Below, piece by piece: positions 26,877 to 37,172 of a stretch of 64,000 bases of DNA. Every line of letters starts with the position of its first letter. Position 1 is the first letter of the stretch. A program made the position numbers and the translations under genes. Source of the DNA: Clostridiales bacterium (GTDB lineage: Bacteria > Bacillota > Clostridia > Monoglobales > WRBX01); the NCBI GenBank assembly GCA_031263785.1, contig JAISFC010000026.1, positions 2,922-66,921 on the forward strand. Reading direction: 5' to 3'. The notes beneath the pieces were generated by a model. That model had not been told where the DNA came from and searched no databases. It saw only the letters and a list, made by a program, of their open reading frames with translations.

Positions 26877-28148
26877 CTACTCCATAAAGCCCTTGTAGCT
26901 TCGCATTAACATCAAGCTCTCCAGCTGTCTGGTCGTTTCCATCGCAACACCCACTACGATAAGTATCGACGTTCCGCCTATGTTTATGTTCAGCGTACCC
27001 ATCATGCTTAGGAAAATCGGAAGCACCGCCATCAGCCCTAAGAATGTCGCCCCCGCGATGGTCAACCGCGAGAGTACCCTTGCGATGTAATCGCTTGTCG
27101 GCTTGCCCGCTCGTATCCCCGGGAAAAATCCGCCGTTGCGCTTCATCCCGTTCGCAATTTCCACGGGGTTGAACTGGATTGTCGTGTAGAAAAACGTGAA
27201 GAACACAATAAGCAAGAAGCATAGCACTCCGTATATCCAGCCGCTGGGTGAAATGTATTTCAGCAGCGTCCCAACCCAGCCCGCGCTGGACTCATTGACG
27301 TTAAAGAATTGCGCTATCGTCGACGGGAAGGTGAGTATGCTCATCGCGAAGATAATCGGCATAACGCCCGCTGCAAGCAGCTTTATCGGGATGTGCGAGC
27401 TTTGCCCGCCGTACATCTTCCGCCCCACCACTCGCTTCGCGTATTGCACCTGCAACCGCCGCTCACTGTCGTTCATCAGCACGACCGCCGCCACGATTAA
27501 CAGCGCGCCTATCACGATTGCCGCCAGCACAAACCAACTGCCGTCCGCCTCCATGTACTTGGACAGCCCGTCAATCATCGCCGGAGCGCGGGACACGATG
27601 CCCGCAAAGATAATCACGGATATGCCGCTGCCTATGCCCTTTTCGCTTATCTGCTCGCCCAGCCACATCAAGAATGCCGTGCCCGCCGTGAACGTCATCG
27701 TCATCACGAAAAAGCTCAACACGCCGCGTGAGGCTTCGTTGCTCACGAGGAAATACAGCCCCGTCGCCTGGAGAAAGCCAAGAGTCGTCGCGAGGTACCT
27801 TGTGTACTGGTTCATGCGCTGCCGCCCCTGTTCGCCTTCCTTTTGGATGCGCTCCAATGCCGGGATTACCACCGTCATCAGCTGCATTATGATGGACGCG
27901 TTGATGTACGGCGTCACACTCATGGCAAAGATGGTCGCTTGCGCAAACGCGCCTCCTGAGAACGTGTTAAGGAAATCAAGAAGCGAGTTCGCCCCGCTCG
28001 TGTCTAGCAGCTGCTGCATCGTTTCCTGGCTCAAATACGGGACAGGAATGAACGTTCCCAATCGGAACACGATGATTAGCATTACCGTGTAGAAAATTTT
28101 CCTTCGCAGTTCCGGAATTTTCCATGCATTCTTTAGCGTCTGTAACAT
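26877..28148 (-). CDS. secY: preprotein translocase subunit SecY
   Basis: 423 aa, 10-TM SecY sequence, between rplO and adk. Confidence 0.95.
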   Translation of the reverse strand: MLQTLKNAWKIPELRRKIFYTVMLIIVFRLGTFIPVPYLSQETMQQLLDTSGANSLLDFLNTFSGGAFAQATIFAMSVTPYINASIIMQLMTVVIPALERIQKEGEQGRQRMNQYTRYLATTLGFLQATGLYFLVSNEASRGVLSFFVMTMTFTAGTAFLMWLGEQISEKGIGSGISVIIFAGIVSRAPAMIDGLSKYMEADGSWFVLAAIVIGALLIVAAVVLMNDSERRLQVQYAKRVVGRKMYGGQSSHIPIKLLAAGVMPIIFAMSILTFPSTIAQFFNVNESSAGWVGTLLKYISPSGWIYGVLCFLLIVFFTFFYTTIQFNPVEIANGMKRNGGFFPGIRAGKPTSDYIARVLSRLTIAGATFLGLMAVLPIFLSMMGTLNINIGGTSILIVVGVAMETTRQLESLMLMRSYKGFME

Positions 28149-28239
28149 TTCCTCACCTTTCCTCTCAAAATCTATAATTCATCCGTCTTTTTCGCAATAC
28201 CGACCTTCGTCTCCCCTTCGGGTAACCTTCCGCGACCGC

Positions 28240-28740
28240 TCACTCCGCCTTAGTCTTCTTCGCGCGGTCCTCTTTGCTCTGCTTTTTCGCGCTTCTTTCG
28301 CGGCGTTTCGGCTTGCGCGTCTCAATCACCGTGCCGCCCGCCTTCTCTATCTTTGCCTTTGCCGACGCCGAAACACGCTCCGCCTCAACCGTCAGCGGCT
28401 TTGTCAACTCGCCGCGCCCTAAAATCACGACACCGTCTTTTATAGCCGAAATAATGCCCGATTCTTTAAGTAGTTCCGCCGTCACCTTTGTGTTCGGCTC
28501 CAGCTTTTCCAGCCGCTCAACGTTAATCGAAACATACTTCTTGCCGAATATATTGTTAAATCCAACCTTTGGCATACGTCTGTAAATGGGCATTTGTCCG
28601 CCCTCAAACCCCGGACGCACTCCTCCGCCCGACCGCGCGTTCTGCCCCTTATTCCCCTTGCCGCAGGTCTTGCTCCCGCGAAAGTGACGGTGGCTCTTTG
28701 TTACCGCGCCTGCCGCCGGTGATAATTCATGCAGTTTCAC
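28240..28740 (-). CDS. rplO: 50S ribosomal protein L15 (Lys/Arg-rich C-terminal tail)
   Basis: GTG at 28738-28740 with AAAGGAGG upstream. Sequence (M)KLHELSPAAGAV... Confidence 0.9.
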   Translation of the reverse strand: MKLHELSPAAGAVTKSHRHFRGSKTCGKGNKGQNARSGGGVRPGFEGGQMPIYRRMPKVGFNNIFGKKYVSINVERLEKLEPNTKVTAELLKESGIISAIKDGVVILGRGELTKPLTVEAERVSASAKAKIEKAGGTVIETRKPKRRERSAKKQSKEDRAKKTKAE

Positions 28741-28815
28741 CGATATTCCTCCTTTGATTCCATGCTTTGTTTGCACCGCTTCCTCGCTGCCCCGCTTGCC
28801 GTCTCTCCCCGCCGC

Positions 28816-29019
28816 CTACTTTTCCGCCGCCGCTTTCTCGACGGTCACCAGATGACTCACCTTTCTTATCATCCCCTGCACGCACGGGTTGTCAGCCAGC
28901 ACGTTAGCGCCGCCCATCTTGTGCAAGCCCAATGCCTCCATTACCGCCCGCTGCTTCGGCGTTGCGCCAATAATGCTCTTTTTCTGCGTGATTACTATCT
29001 GTTCCGATTTCTTCGGCAT
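28816..29019 (-). CDS. rpmD: 50S ribosomal protein L30
   Basis: 67 aa with L30-like sequence, positioned between rpsE and rplO. Confidence 0.9.
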   Translation of the reverse strand: MPKKSEQIVITQKKSIIGATPKQRAVMEALGLHKMGGANVLADNPCVQGMIRKVSHLVTVEKAAAEK

Positions 29020-29098
29020 AATAATTTCCCTCTCTCGCTCACTTGTTCTTACTATTAATATCTTTAATTACCTCTGCATCTTTTCAACGCGCGCGTCT

Positions 29099-29641
29099 CT
29101 ACATCACATCCGCGCCGCGAAAGACTTGGTCCAAACGAAGACCGCGGCATTTCGCCACCTGCTCCGCGCTACGCAATGCCTTCAGCCCCTCAATAGTCGC
29201 CAGCACGACATTACGCGGGTTTTTGGACCTCAGCGACTTCGTGCGGATATCGTGCACGCCTACCATCTCCATCACCGCGCGCACCGGTCCCCCCGCAATG
29301 ACGCCCGTCCCCTCTTTCGCGGGCTTGATAATCACGCGCCCACTGCCAAACTCGCCAATCACCTCATGCGGGACAGTCGTGCCAACCAGCGGGATTTCCA
29401 CTATCGCCTTCTTCGCCGCGTCAATGCCCTTGCGGATTGCATCGGGAATTTCCGCCGCTTTGCCGGTCCCACAACCAACGCGCCCCTTCTCGTCGCCAAC
29501 CACAACAAGCGCGCTGAACCTAAACGTCCGCCCGCCCTTGACAACCTTCGCCACGCGGTTAAGGCTGACCACTTTCTCTTTTATTCCGTCGTCCGCCTGC
29601 ATCTTCCTGTTCGGCGTCCTTCTCTCCCGTTTTTCTGCCAT
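29099..29641 (-). CDS. rpsE: 30S ribosomal protein S5
   Basis: 180 aa ([27 protein letters not shown]). Confidence 0.95.
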   Translation of the reverse strand: MAEKRERRTPNRKMQADDGIKEKVVSLNRVAKVVKGGRTFRFSALVVVGDEKGRVGCGTGKAAEIPDAIRKGIDAAKKAIVEIPLVGTTVPHEVIGEFGSGRVIIKPAKEGTGVIAGGPVRAVMEMVGVHDIRTKSLRSKNPRNVVLATIEGLKALRSAEQVAKCRGLRLDQVFRGADVM

Positions 29642-29762
29642 ATATGAACTCCTCCCGAAATTTCGGACTTACACACGATACCTCGGCTTCGCCCCTCGGG
29701 CGCCGACCGCACTGCCAAAATCCCCTATTAAACTGCTTAAAACTGCTTGATAATCGGCTTTC

Positions 29763-30131
29763 CTAAAATTCCAGCCCGCCTTTTCGCGCGCCCTCCGCCA
29801 CTTGCTCCACTCGCCCGTGGTACAGGTACCCGCCTCTGTCAAAAACGACCTCCGTAATCCCCGCTTGTTTAGCGCGTTTTGCCACCAACTCGCCTATCGC
29901 CAACGCCGCCGCCTTGTTGCCGCCGTTCTTCGTCTTTGCCCTAAAATCCTTCTCCATCGTGGACGCGCTCGCAATAGTCGCGCCCTTTTCGTCGTCGATG
30001 ACCTGCGCGGTTATGTTCTTCAAGCTCCGGAACACGTTCAGCCGCGGTACGCCCGCCGTCCCCGACACCTTTTTGCGCACCCTCGCTTGCCGCCTCTTTC
30101 TCGATATGTTACTGCCTTCTTTTTTTATCAT
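29763..30131 (-). CDS. rplR: 50S ribosomal protein L18
   Basis: ATG at 30129-30131. Sequence [22 protein letters not shown]. Confidence 0.93.
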   Translation of the reverse strand: MIKKEGSNISRKRRQARVRKKVSGTAGVPRLNVFRSLKNITAQVIDDEKGATIASASTMEKDFRAKTKNGGNKAAALAIGELVAKRAKQAGITEVVFDRGGYLYHGRVEQVAEGARKGGLEF

Positions 30132-30174
30132 AAACGCCATTCCTTTCACGCGTATATATCACATTTATAACGTA

Positions 30175-30720
30175 TTATTTCTTGCTGCCCGTCTTGCCTT
30201 CCTTGCGTCTAACATGCTCATAATCGTACTTTATACCCTTGCCCTTGTACGGCTCCACAGGGCGCTGCTTACGTATGTTCGCCGCGAACTCGCCCACCTT
30301 TTGCTTGTCACAGCCGATAACCACTATCTCGTTGGGCGTCGGCACCTCCACCTTGATTTCGTCCGTCTCGCTAAACGTCACGGGGTGCGACTTCCCTATC
30401 GTCAGCGTCAGCGTTTTTCCGCTTTTCGCCGCGCGATACCCCACGCCGTTGACCTCCAGCCGCTTCCTGAATTGCTCCGTCACGCCCACGACCATGTTGT
30501 TCACCAACGTGCGCGTAAGCCCGTGCTTGCAGCGGTCATCCTTTGCGTCGGTCGGTCGGCTGACCCGAACCTCTCCCGCTCTTATATCCACTATCATGCG
30601 CTCGGGTACGCGCTGTTCCAGCTCGCCCTTGGGTCCCTTGACATGCACCACATGCCCCTCCCGCATTTCTATTTCAACGCCTTCCGGCACTGTTATCGGC
30701 GCTCTTCCTATTCTGGACAT
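30175..30720 (-). CDS. rplF: 50S ribosomal protein L6
   Basis: MSRIGRAPITVPEGV... 181 aa. Confidence 0.95.
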   Translation of the reverse strand: MSRIGRAPITVPEGVEIEMREGHVVHVKGPKGELEQRVPERMIVDIRAGEVRVSRPTDAKDDRCKHGLTRTLVNNMVVGVTEQFRKRLEVNGVGYRAAKSGKTLTLTIGKSHPVTFSETDEIKVEVPTPNEIVVIGCDKQKVGEFAANIRKQRPVEPYKGKGIKYDYEHVRRKEGKTGSKK

Positions 30721-30915
30721 TCATTTCAACTCCCTTTTTGCACTATATTCGCCCCGTCGGGGCATTCGCTTGCTACGCAATTCGCAAATTTCCCGCAAAT
30801 TCGACAGCCCGGTAAACCCGCCATATATCATGCCTACATCTGCACAACTCTCCCACACAGCCCGCGTCCGTCAACCGCCAATAGCCCCAATTCCGCCGCG
30901 TTCCCGCGCATCGGG

Positions 30916-31314
30916 CTACCACACGAAGGCAAGCACTTCCCCGCCTACATGTTCGCGACGCGCCGTCTTGTCCGTCATAATCCCCTTGGACGTCGACACA
31001 ATCGCTATGCCCAACCCCTTGAGCACCCGCGGCAACTCGTCGTGAGACGCGTACACCCTCAAGCCCGGTTTCGACACACGTTTCAGCCCTTTTATCACCT
31101 TTTTCTTGCCCTCGTTGTACTTGAGCCAGACGCGTATATACCCCTGCTTGTCGTCTTGCGAACATTTATATTCCTTAATGTACCCTTCGTCAAAAAGTAT
31201 CTTGACTATCGACTTTTTCACATTCGACGCCGGAATATCCACGATGTCATGACGCGCCCCGCTGGCGTTTCTTATCCGCGTTAAAAGGTCCGCTATAGGG
31301 TCCGTTATTTGCAT
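30916..31314 (-). CDS. rpsH: 30S ribosomal protein S8
   Basis: ATG at 31312-31314 with GGAAGGTG upstream. Sequence [17 protein letters not shown]. Confidence 0.93.
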   Translation of the reverse strand: MQITDPIADLLTRIRNASGARHDIVDIPASNVKKSIVKILFDEGYIKEYKCSQDDKQGYIRVWLKYNEGKKKVIKGLKRVSKPGLRVYASHDELPRVLKGLGIAIVSTSKGIMTDKTARREHVGGEVLAFVW

Positions 31315-31344
31315 GTGATTCACACCTTCCTTTGTTAATTTGCT

Positions 31345-31530
31345 CTACCATGACGCCTTTTTTACCCCCGGAATCAGCCCGCGATACGCAAGCTCCCGGA
31401 AGCAAATTCTGCAAATTCCATATTTCCTAAGGTAACCGTGCGGACGTCCGCAAATTTTGCATCGGTTGTACTCCCGCGCACTGTATTTCTGCTCCTTTGC
31501 CCACTTCGCTACCATTGATTTCTTCGCCAA
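31345..31530 (-). CDS. rpsN: 30S ribosomal protein S14 type Z (zinc-binding)
   Basis: TTG start at 31528-31530 with GAGGTGA upstream. 61 aa with [20 protein letters not shown]. Confidence 0.9.
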   Translation of the reverse strand: MAKKSMVAKWAKEQKYSAREYNRCKICGRPHGYLRKYGICRICFRELAYRGLIPGVKKASW

Positions 31531-31569
31531 AATAATCACCTCTTAATGAATCTTTGTAAATCTTTTTCC

Positions 31570-32109
31570 TTAGCTTGCAAACGGCGCTCCAAACCTCGTC
31601 AATAGCTCCTTCGCTTGCTCGTCCGTCGTGGCTGTCGTAACCATTATGATGTCCATGCCGCGGATTTTTTCTACCTTATCATAATCAATCTCGGGGAAAA
31701 TCAGCTGCTCCTTAACGCCCATGCAGTAATTCCCGTGACCGTCAAAGGAGTTCGGGTTTATCCCGCGAAAGTCGCGCACACGCGGCAACGCGAAGCTGAA
31801 CAATCGGTCCAAAAACTCGTACATCCGCTCGCCTCGCAGCGTCACCTTGCACCCGATTGGCATCCCCGTACGCAGCTTGTACGCCGCAATCGACTTCTTC
31901 GCCCTCGTCACAATCGGCTTTTGCCCCGTGATAATCGACAAATCCTGCACCGCGGAGTCAATCGCCTTCGAGTTCTCACGCGCGTCGCCGACCCCCATGT
32001 TGATAACAATTTTCTCCAGTTTGGGTATTTCCATCGCGCTTTTATAGCTGAATTTCTTCATCAGCGCGGGCGCGATATCCTTTTTGTATTCGTCCCTCAA
32101 CCTTGACAT
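31570..32109 (-). CDS. rplE: 50S ribosomal protein L5
   Basis: ATG at 32107-32109. Sequence [20 protein letters not shown]. Confidence 0.95.
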   Translation of the reverse strand: MSRLRDEYKKDIAPALMKKFSYKSAMEIPKLEKIVINMGVGDARENSKAIDSAVQDLSIITGQKPIVTRAKKSIAAYKLRTGMPIGCKVTLRGERMYEFLDRLFSFALPRVRDFRGINPNSFDGHGNYCMGVKEQLIFPEIDYDKVEKIRGMDIIMVTTATTDEQAKELLTRFGAPFAS

Positions 32110-32231
32110 CTCAAATATCATTCCTTTCAAGCTCTTTCCGGTCTGCCTCCGTAAATTCCGTCGGAACATACCTCACGTAGATTTCAGCCGTCCGCCGCTT
32201 TATTCCGCGGCTCCTCGCGCTTCCTCCCGCG

Positions 32232-32549
32232 CTAGGCTTCAATCCCACATTTCTTGCAATACCTCGTGCTTTTTCCGTCGTTCAGTTTTCGACGACCCAC
32301 CCGCGTCGGCTTGCCGCAATGCGGACATACAAACATCACTTTGCTCGCGGCTAGCGGCATCGCCACCTTGACAATCCCGCCGCTCTCGCCCTGCTTACGC
32401 GGTTTTTTATGCTTCGTCGCCATATTTATGCCATCAACCAATACCTTGCCGACCTTAGGGAAAGACGTTACGACCTTGCCGGTCTTGCCTTTGTCCTTGC
32501 CCGCGAGGATTTGTACTTTATCGTCTTTTCGGACGTGCAATTTACCCAT
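32232..32549 (-). CDS. rplX: 50S ribosomal protein L24 (with CxxC...CxxC C-terminal segment)
   Basis: ATG at 32547-32549. KOW motif GKDKGKTGKV. C-terminal CPHCGKPTRVG...CKKCG. Confidence 0.93.
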   Translation of the reverse strand: MGKLHVRKDDKVQILAGKDKGKTGKVVTSFPKVGKVLVDGINMATKHKKPRKQGESGGIVKVAMPLAASKVMFVCPHCGKPTRVGRRKLNDGKSTRYCKKCGIEA

Positions 32550-32608
32550 TATATCCATTCCTTTCGGCTCCCGCTATCAAAAGCCCTAAGTATACCTCAA
32601 TTTTGCGT

Positions 32609-32977
32609 TTACACCACTTCCGGAGCCAGCGACAGAATCCTCATGTACTCCTTATCGCGCAGTTCACGTGCGATTGGTCCAAAAATTCTGGTGCCGCGCG
32701 GCGTCTTATCGTCGCGGATAATCACTGCCGCGTTCTCGTCGAACCGCAGGTGTGAGCCGTCCTTCCGCGCAATATCGCCCTTCGTGCGGACTATAACCGC
32801 CTTGACGACGTCGCCTTTCTTAACCATGCCTCCCGGCGCGGCTTTCTTCACCGACGCCACGATAACATCGCCCACTCCTCCGTAAAATCGTTTTGACCCG
32901 CCCAATACGCGTATGCACATCAGCACTTTGGCGCCGGTGTTGTCCGCGCATGTGAGCAGCGTTTGTTGCTGTATCAT
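32609..32977 (-). CDS. rplN: 50S ribosomal protein L14
   Basis: ATG at 32975-32977. Sequence [17 protein letters not shown]. Confidence 0.95.
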   Translation of the reverse strand: MIQQQTLLTCADNTGAKVLMCIRVLGGSKRFYGGVGDVIVASVKKAAPGGMVKKGDVVKAVIVRTKGDIARKDGSHLRFDENAAVIIRDDKTPRGTRIFGPIARELRDKEYMRILSLAPEVV

Positions 32978-33116
32978 TACAAAATTCACCTCGTTCATTC
33001 TCTGCCGGGGCTCTAATCTAAGCCGCCGTCGTGTTGTTTATCGCACGGTCACCGTCTTTTGCGATGCCGCTTATCCGCCGTCCACCTGCACTCCACAGCC
33101 CGCCTCTATCCGCGGA

Positions 33117-33383
33117 TTACTTCGCTCTTTCCAAAATTTCTATTAGCCGCCAACGCTTCTCTTTCGATAACGGACGGGTTTCCATAACCTTAACCACATC
33201 GCCTATATTACAGTCATTTTTCTCGTCATGCGCCTTCAATCGGCGTGTGCGCTTTACAATCTTTTTGTACAGTGCGTGAGGAACGCTGTCCTTCACGGCA
33301 ACTACGACGGTCTTATCCATCTTGTTGCTCACCACCGTACCTATGCGGGTTTTCCGCGCGTTACGCGTCTGCTCAGTTTCCAT
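33117..33383 (-). CDS. rpsQ: 30S ribosomal protein S17
   Basis: 88 aa ([21 protein letters not shown]). Confidence 0.95.
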   Translation of the reverse strand: METEQTRNARKTRIGTVVSNKMDKTVVVAVKDSVPHALYKKIVKRTRRLKAHDEKNDCNIGDVVKVMETRPLSKEKRWRLIEILERAK

Positions 33384-33603
33384 AGGTCCGCTCGCCTCCC
33401 ATCTTGCCCTTTTGCGAGATTTCCGCCTGCCGCGCTATAAGCTTCACGCGCGCAATATCCTTCTTAACCGCGCGAATCTGCATCGGGTTTTCAAGACTGT
33501 TAGTCGCCTGCTGAAACCGCAAGTTGAACAGCTCCTTTTTGAGGTCGCTAAGCTTTTCCGCCAAATCAACCTCGGACAGCTCTCTTAACTCTCTAGCTTT
33601 CAC
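33373..33603 (-). CDS. rpmC: 50S ribosomal protein L29
   Basis: GTG at 33601-33603 gives (M)[30 protein letters not shown]. It overlaps the rplP stop by 11 nt. The start is inferred. Confidence 0.85.
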   Translation of the reverse strand: MKARELRELSEVDLAEKLSDLKKELFNLRFQQATNSLENPMQIRAVKKDIARVKLIARQAEISQKGKMGGERTYGN

Positions 33604-34165
33604 TTGGCTCACCTGCCGTTTCCGCTTTTGTACCCGCTTCTTTTGCGGCATTATCGCCTTCGCTAGCCGCTCCTGCCTCCGGCTCCTTAGCCTTCGGCGG
33701 TTCCTCTTCAAAATATGGTATATTACTCGCGTAAATGCTCACTTCGCCCTCAACGAGCGAATCGCGCTTAATAAACTTGCACCGAACCGGCAATTTATTC
33801 GCCGCCAGCCGCATAGCTTCACGCGCAACGTCCTCCGCAACTCCCGCAAGCTCAAACATCACACGCCCGGGCTTGACCACCGCCACCCAATATTCGGGCG
33901 AGCCTTTACCGCTACCCATGCGCACTTCCGCGGGCTTTTTCGTGACCGGCTTGTCGGGGAAAATCTTAATCCACACCTTGCCTCCGCGCCGAATATAACG
34001 GGTCATCGCTATACGCGCCGCCTCTATCTGGTTCGCGGTCACCCAGCGCGCATCCAGCGACTGCAATCCGTAATCACCATACGCAACAAAGTTGCCGCGG
34101 CTTGCCTTCCCCTTCATTCTGCCGCGAAACGTCTTTCTATGTTTAACACGTTTTGGAGACAGCAT
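33593..34165 (-). CDS. rplP: 50S ribosomal protein L16 (with ~45-aa acidic C-terminal extension)
   Basis: [19 protein letters not shown]... 190 aa. Confidence 0.93.
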   Translation of the reverse strand: MLSPKRVKHRKTFRGRMKGKASRGNFVAYGDYGLQSLDARWVTANQIEAARIAMTRYIRRGGKVWIKIFPDKPVTKKPAEVRMGSGKGSPEYWVAVVKPGRVMFELAGVAEDVAREAMRLAANKLPVRCKFIKRDSLVEGEVSIYASNIPYFEEEPPKAKEPEAGAASEGDNAAKEAGTKAETAGEPSES

Positions 34166-35049
34166 TATTCTTCCCCTCCTTCAGTCGTTTTGCCTTTGAC
34201 AATCTTCGGGCTTTGAGGCTTAATGAACTCCCCGTCCAGCCCGATATCCGTCTTCTTCTTTCTGTTCGGCGCGTTCGACGCCTCCGTTGCCTCGCTTATT
34301 TCCTGCCCGTTCACCGTCACGCCGCTTCCCGCTCTGCCCGCCGCGCCACGTCCACCCGCGTTGCGAGCCGCTCCGTCCGCCCCCGGCTTTGTCCCCTTCG
34401 ACGAGGACCGCTTGTTGCTCTCCGTCAAAATTTCACCTTTATATATCCACGCTTTCACGCCTATCTTCCCGTAAGTTGTGTTCGCCTCCGCAAACCCGTA
34501 GTCAATATCCGCCCGCAATGTCTGCAACGGAATAGTCCCCTCGTGATAATGCTCACTGCGCGCGATTTCCGCGCCGCCCAGCCGCCCAGCGCAATTCGTC
34601 TTGATTCCCTTCGCCCCTGCCTTCATCGTCCGCGCCATCGCCTGTTTCATCGCCTTGCGATACGAGATACGCCGCTCCAGTTGCGCCGCTATGCTCTCCG
34701 CCACCAATTGCGCCGACAGGTCCGGGCTCCTGATTTCCATGATATTTACCTGCACTTCTTTCTTGACAAACTTCTGCAAATCCTTCTTAATCCGCTCAAT
34801 TTCCGCGCCGCCGCGCCCGATAATCATGCCCGGCTTAGCCGCGAACAGCAAAATCACCACTTTGTTCGCCTTTTTCTCAATCTCAATGCGGTCAATTGCC
34901 GCCGCGAACAACGCCTTTTTGATGAATTTACGTATATTATAGTCCTCTACGATTGAGTCGCCGAAAGACTGATTGTCCGTAAACCAACGCGACCGCCAAT
35001 CCTTGATAACCCCTACTCGCAACCCGTGCGGATGAACCTTCTGCCCCAT
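34165..35049 (-). CDS. rpsC: 30S ribosomal protein S3 (with ~70-aa low-complexity C-terminal extension)
   Basis: [18 protein letters not shown]... 294 aa. Confidence 0.93.
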   Translation of the reverse strand: MGQKVHPHGLRVGVIKDWRSRWFTDNQSFGDSIVEDYNIRKFIKKALFAAAIDRIEIEKKANKVVILLFAAKPGMIIGRGGAEIERIKKDLQKFVKKEVQVNIMEIRSPDLSAQLVAESIAAQLERRISYRKAMKQAMARTMKAGAKGIKTNCAGRLGGAEIARSEHYHEGTIPLQTLRADIDYGFAEANTTYGKIGVKAWIYKGEILTESNKRSSSKGTKPGADGAARNAGGRGAAGRAGSGVTVNGQEISEATEASNAPNRKKKTDIGLDGEFIKPQSPKIVKGKTTEGGEE

Positions 35050-35120
35050 TACATTACCTCCAAAATCTTGCTTAACTTGCTTCGTTCGTTACTTATCTTC
35101 CTTATTATTCCCGCTCCCCG

Positions 35121-35462
35121 CTATTCCCTCTCCGCCACAACCACCGTGACGTGGCTCATGCGCTTCAAAATCGGGTACGCCATGCCCTTTGCCCGCGGTT
35201 GCATACGCTTTAACGTCGGTCCCGCGTTGGCGTAAACCTCCTTGACGTACAGCAATTCGCGGTTGAGGCTAAAGTTATTTTCCGCATTCGCCGCCGCGGA
35301 GTTCAATAGCTTCTCCATCATGCCGCTCGCCGCCTTGGGTGTGTGGCTCAAAATCGCCAACGCCTCATTAAGCGGCTTGTTTCGGATTAAGTCTATTACA
35401 ATCTTCACCTTGCGGGACGAAATCCGCGCATACGTGAGAGTTGCTTTCGCCTGATTCATCAT
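35121..35462 (-). CDS. rplV: 50S ribosomal protein L22
   Basis: 113 aa (ARISSRKVKIVIDLIRNKPLNEAL). Confidence 0.95.
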   Translation of the reverse strand: MMNQAKATLTYARISSRKVKIVIDLIRNKPLNEALAILSHTPKAASGMMEKLLNSAAANAENNFSLNRELLYVKEVYANAGPTLKRMQPRAKGMAYPILKRMSHVTVVVAERE

Positions 35463-35636
35463 ATTACCTCTTTTCCTTCTTTTGTCGTTTTTTAATCCCT
35501 GCTCTTCAATATCTTCCCCGTTTCCGCCGCCCTATCCCACACGCGACGCCTGTTTCGGACTGACCGCCGCTCCCCCGGCAGCCCCCTTGTAGTCCAAAAC
35601 AACAACGAAAAAACGAGTTACTGCTATATGTCAATC

Positions 35637-35702
35637 AATTGTGTCCTAAGTTAATGTTGCTTATTTTATTGGATTGTGTCCTAAATTAATATTGCTTATT
35701 AT
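35637..35702. repeat. two AT-rich ~33-bp direct repeats (ATTGTGTCCTAARTTAATRTTGCTTATT) abutting the rpsS stop codon
   Basis: Copies start at 35638 and 35673. The second copy overlaps the rpsS stop (35699-35701). Confidence 0.8.
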
Positions 35703-35971
35703 CTGTTGGTTTTCGCGCCCGCGTGCCCTTTAAAAACCCGCGTCGGCGCAAATTCGCCTAGTTTATGCCCTACCATGTCCTCCGTGATGTAGACCGGCAC
35801 GTGCTTTCGCCCGTCATGCACCGCGAATGTATGCCCTACAAAGTCCGGGAATATTGTGGAACGCCGCGACCATGTGCGTATGACCTTCTTCTCTTTGTTC
35901 TTGTTCATCTCCTGAACCTTCGCCATCAATTTTTCCGCGACATACGGTCCTTTTTTTAATGAACGCCCCAT
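35699..35971 (-). CDS. rpsS: 30S ribosomal protein S19
   Basis: [15 protein letters not shown]... 90 aa. Confidence 0.95.
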   Translation of the reverse strand: MGRSLKKGPYVAEKLMAKVQEMNKNKEKKVIRTWSRRSTIFPDFVGHTFAVHDGRKHVPVYITEDMVGHKLGEFAPTRVFKGHAGAKTNR

Positions 35972-35975
35972 AATT

Positions 35976-36809
35976 CTACCCCTTTCTGCGTCTTACGATA
36001 AATTTGTTCGTCTTCGCTTTGCCGTTGCGCGTTTTCAGCCCCAACGCTGGCTTGCCCCACGGCGTCACCGGCTCACTTCTCCCGACGGGCGCCTTGCCCT
36101 CGCCGCCTCCATGTGGATGGTCGCAAGGATTCATCGCCGACCCGCGCACGGTGGGTCGCCAGCCCATGTGCCGTTTGCGCCCCGCCTTGCCTATCGATAT
36201 ATTTTGATGCTCCGCGTTGCCTATTTGCCCGATTGTCGCCCTGCATTCCAGCCTTATCAGTCGCACCTCGCCCGACGGCAACCTCACCTGCGCGTAACCG
36301 CCTTCCTTCGCCATCAGTCGAGCCGAATTGCCCGCCCCGCGCACCAGCTGTGCGCCTCTTCCGGGGTAGATTTCTATGCAATGCAGCATCGTTCCGTCCG
36401 GGATATCCTGCAGCTTCATCGCGTTCCCGACTATTATGTCGGCGCCCTCGCCCGAGATTATCCTGTCGCCCTTCTTCATGCCGATTGGCGCGGGAATATA
36501 CCGCTTTTCCCCATCCTCATACACCAGCAGCGCAATGTTCGCCGTCCGATTGGGGTCGTACTGCACGGAATCTACCTTCGCCCACACGCCGTCTTTGTTG
36601 CGCTTCCAGTCGATAATGCGATATTTCCGCTTGTTCGCCCCGCCGCGATGACGGACCGTAATCCGCCCGTTCGCGTTGCGCCCCGCGTTGTTCTTTTTGC
36701 CTGTGATCAGGCTCTTTTCTACCTCGTACCCGGGTGTCAATTCGGAAAAGTCCGAAACTGTCATGAACCTGCGCGACGGTGTAGTCGGTCTATATGCTTT
36801 TATTGCCAT
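35976..36809 (-). CDS. rplB: 50S ribosomal protein L2
   Basis: 277 aa ([15 protein letters not shown]...). Confidence 0.95.
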   Translation of the reverse strand: MAIKAYRPTTPSRRFMTVSDFSELTPGYEVEKSLITGKKNNAGRNANGRITVRHRGGANKRKYRIIDWKRNKDGVWAKVDSVQYDPNRTANIALLVYEDGEKRYIPAPIGMKKGDRIISGEGADIIVGNAMKLQDIPDGTMLHCIEIYPGRGAQLVRGAGNSARLMAKEGGYAQVRLPSGEVRLIRLECRATIGQIGNAEHQNISIGKAGRKRHMGWRPTVRGSAMNPCDHPHGGGEGKAPVGRSEPVTPWGKPALGLKTRNGKAKTNKFIVRRRKG

Positions 36810-36878
36810 ATTGCGCCTCCTTAATTTCCGGCTCGTTTCCGGCGTTTTTGAGCCTTTAACATGCGTCTTGCGATTTGC

Positions 36879-37172
36879 TTATCCCTCAAATATTTCTATG
36901 GACTTGCTGTCCTTTTTAAGCGTCACAATCGCTTTTTTCCAGTCCGGACGCTTGCCCGAATGCTTCCCCTGCCGCTTAACCTTGCCGTGTACCCTCATGG
37001 TGTTGACCTTGTCGACGCTCACCCCGCTAAAAACGGCTTCAATCGCCTGCTTAACCTGAATCTTCCCCACGCCTAACGGGACCTCAAACGTATACTTCTT
37101 GCCCTCGCCCTGCGCCATGGTTTTCTCCGTGATAATCGGTCTTTTTATGATATCATACGGGTTCATGCTCAT
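36879..37172 (-). CDS. rplW: 50S ribosomal protein L23
   Basis: 97 aa (PYDIIKRPIITEKT). Confidence 0.95.
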   Translation of the reverse strand: MSMNPYDIIKRPIITEKTMAQGEGKKYTFEVPLGVGKIQVKQAIEAVFSGVSVDKVNTMRVHGKVKRQGKHSGKRPDWKKAIVTLKKDSKSIEIFEG

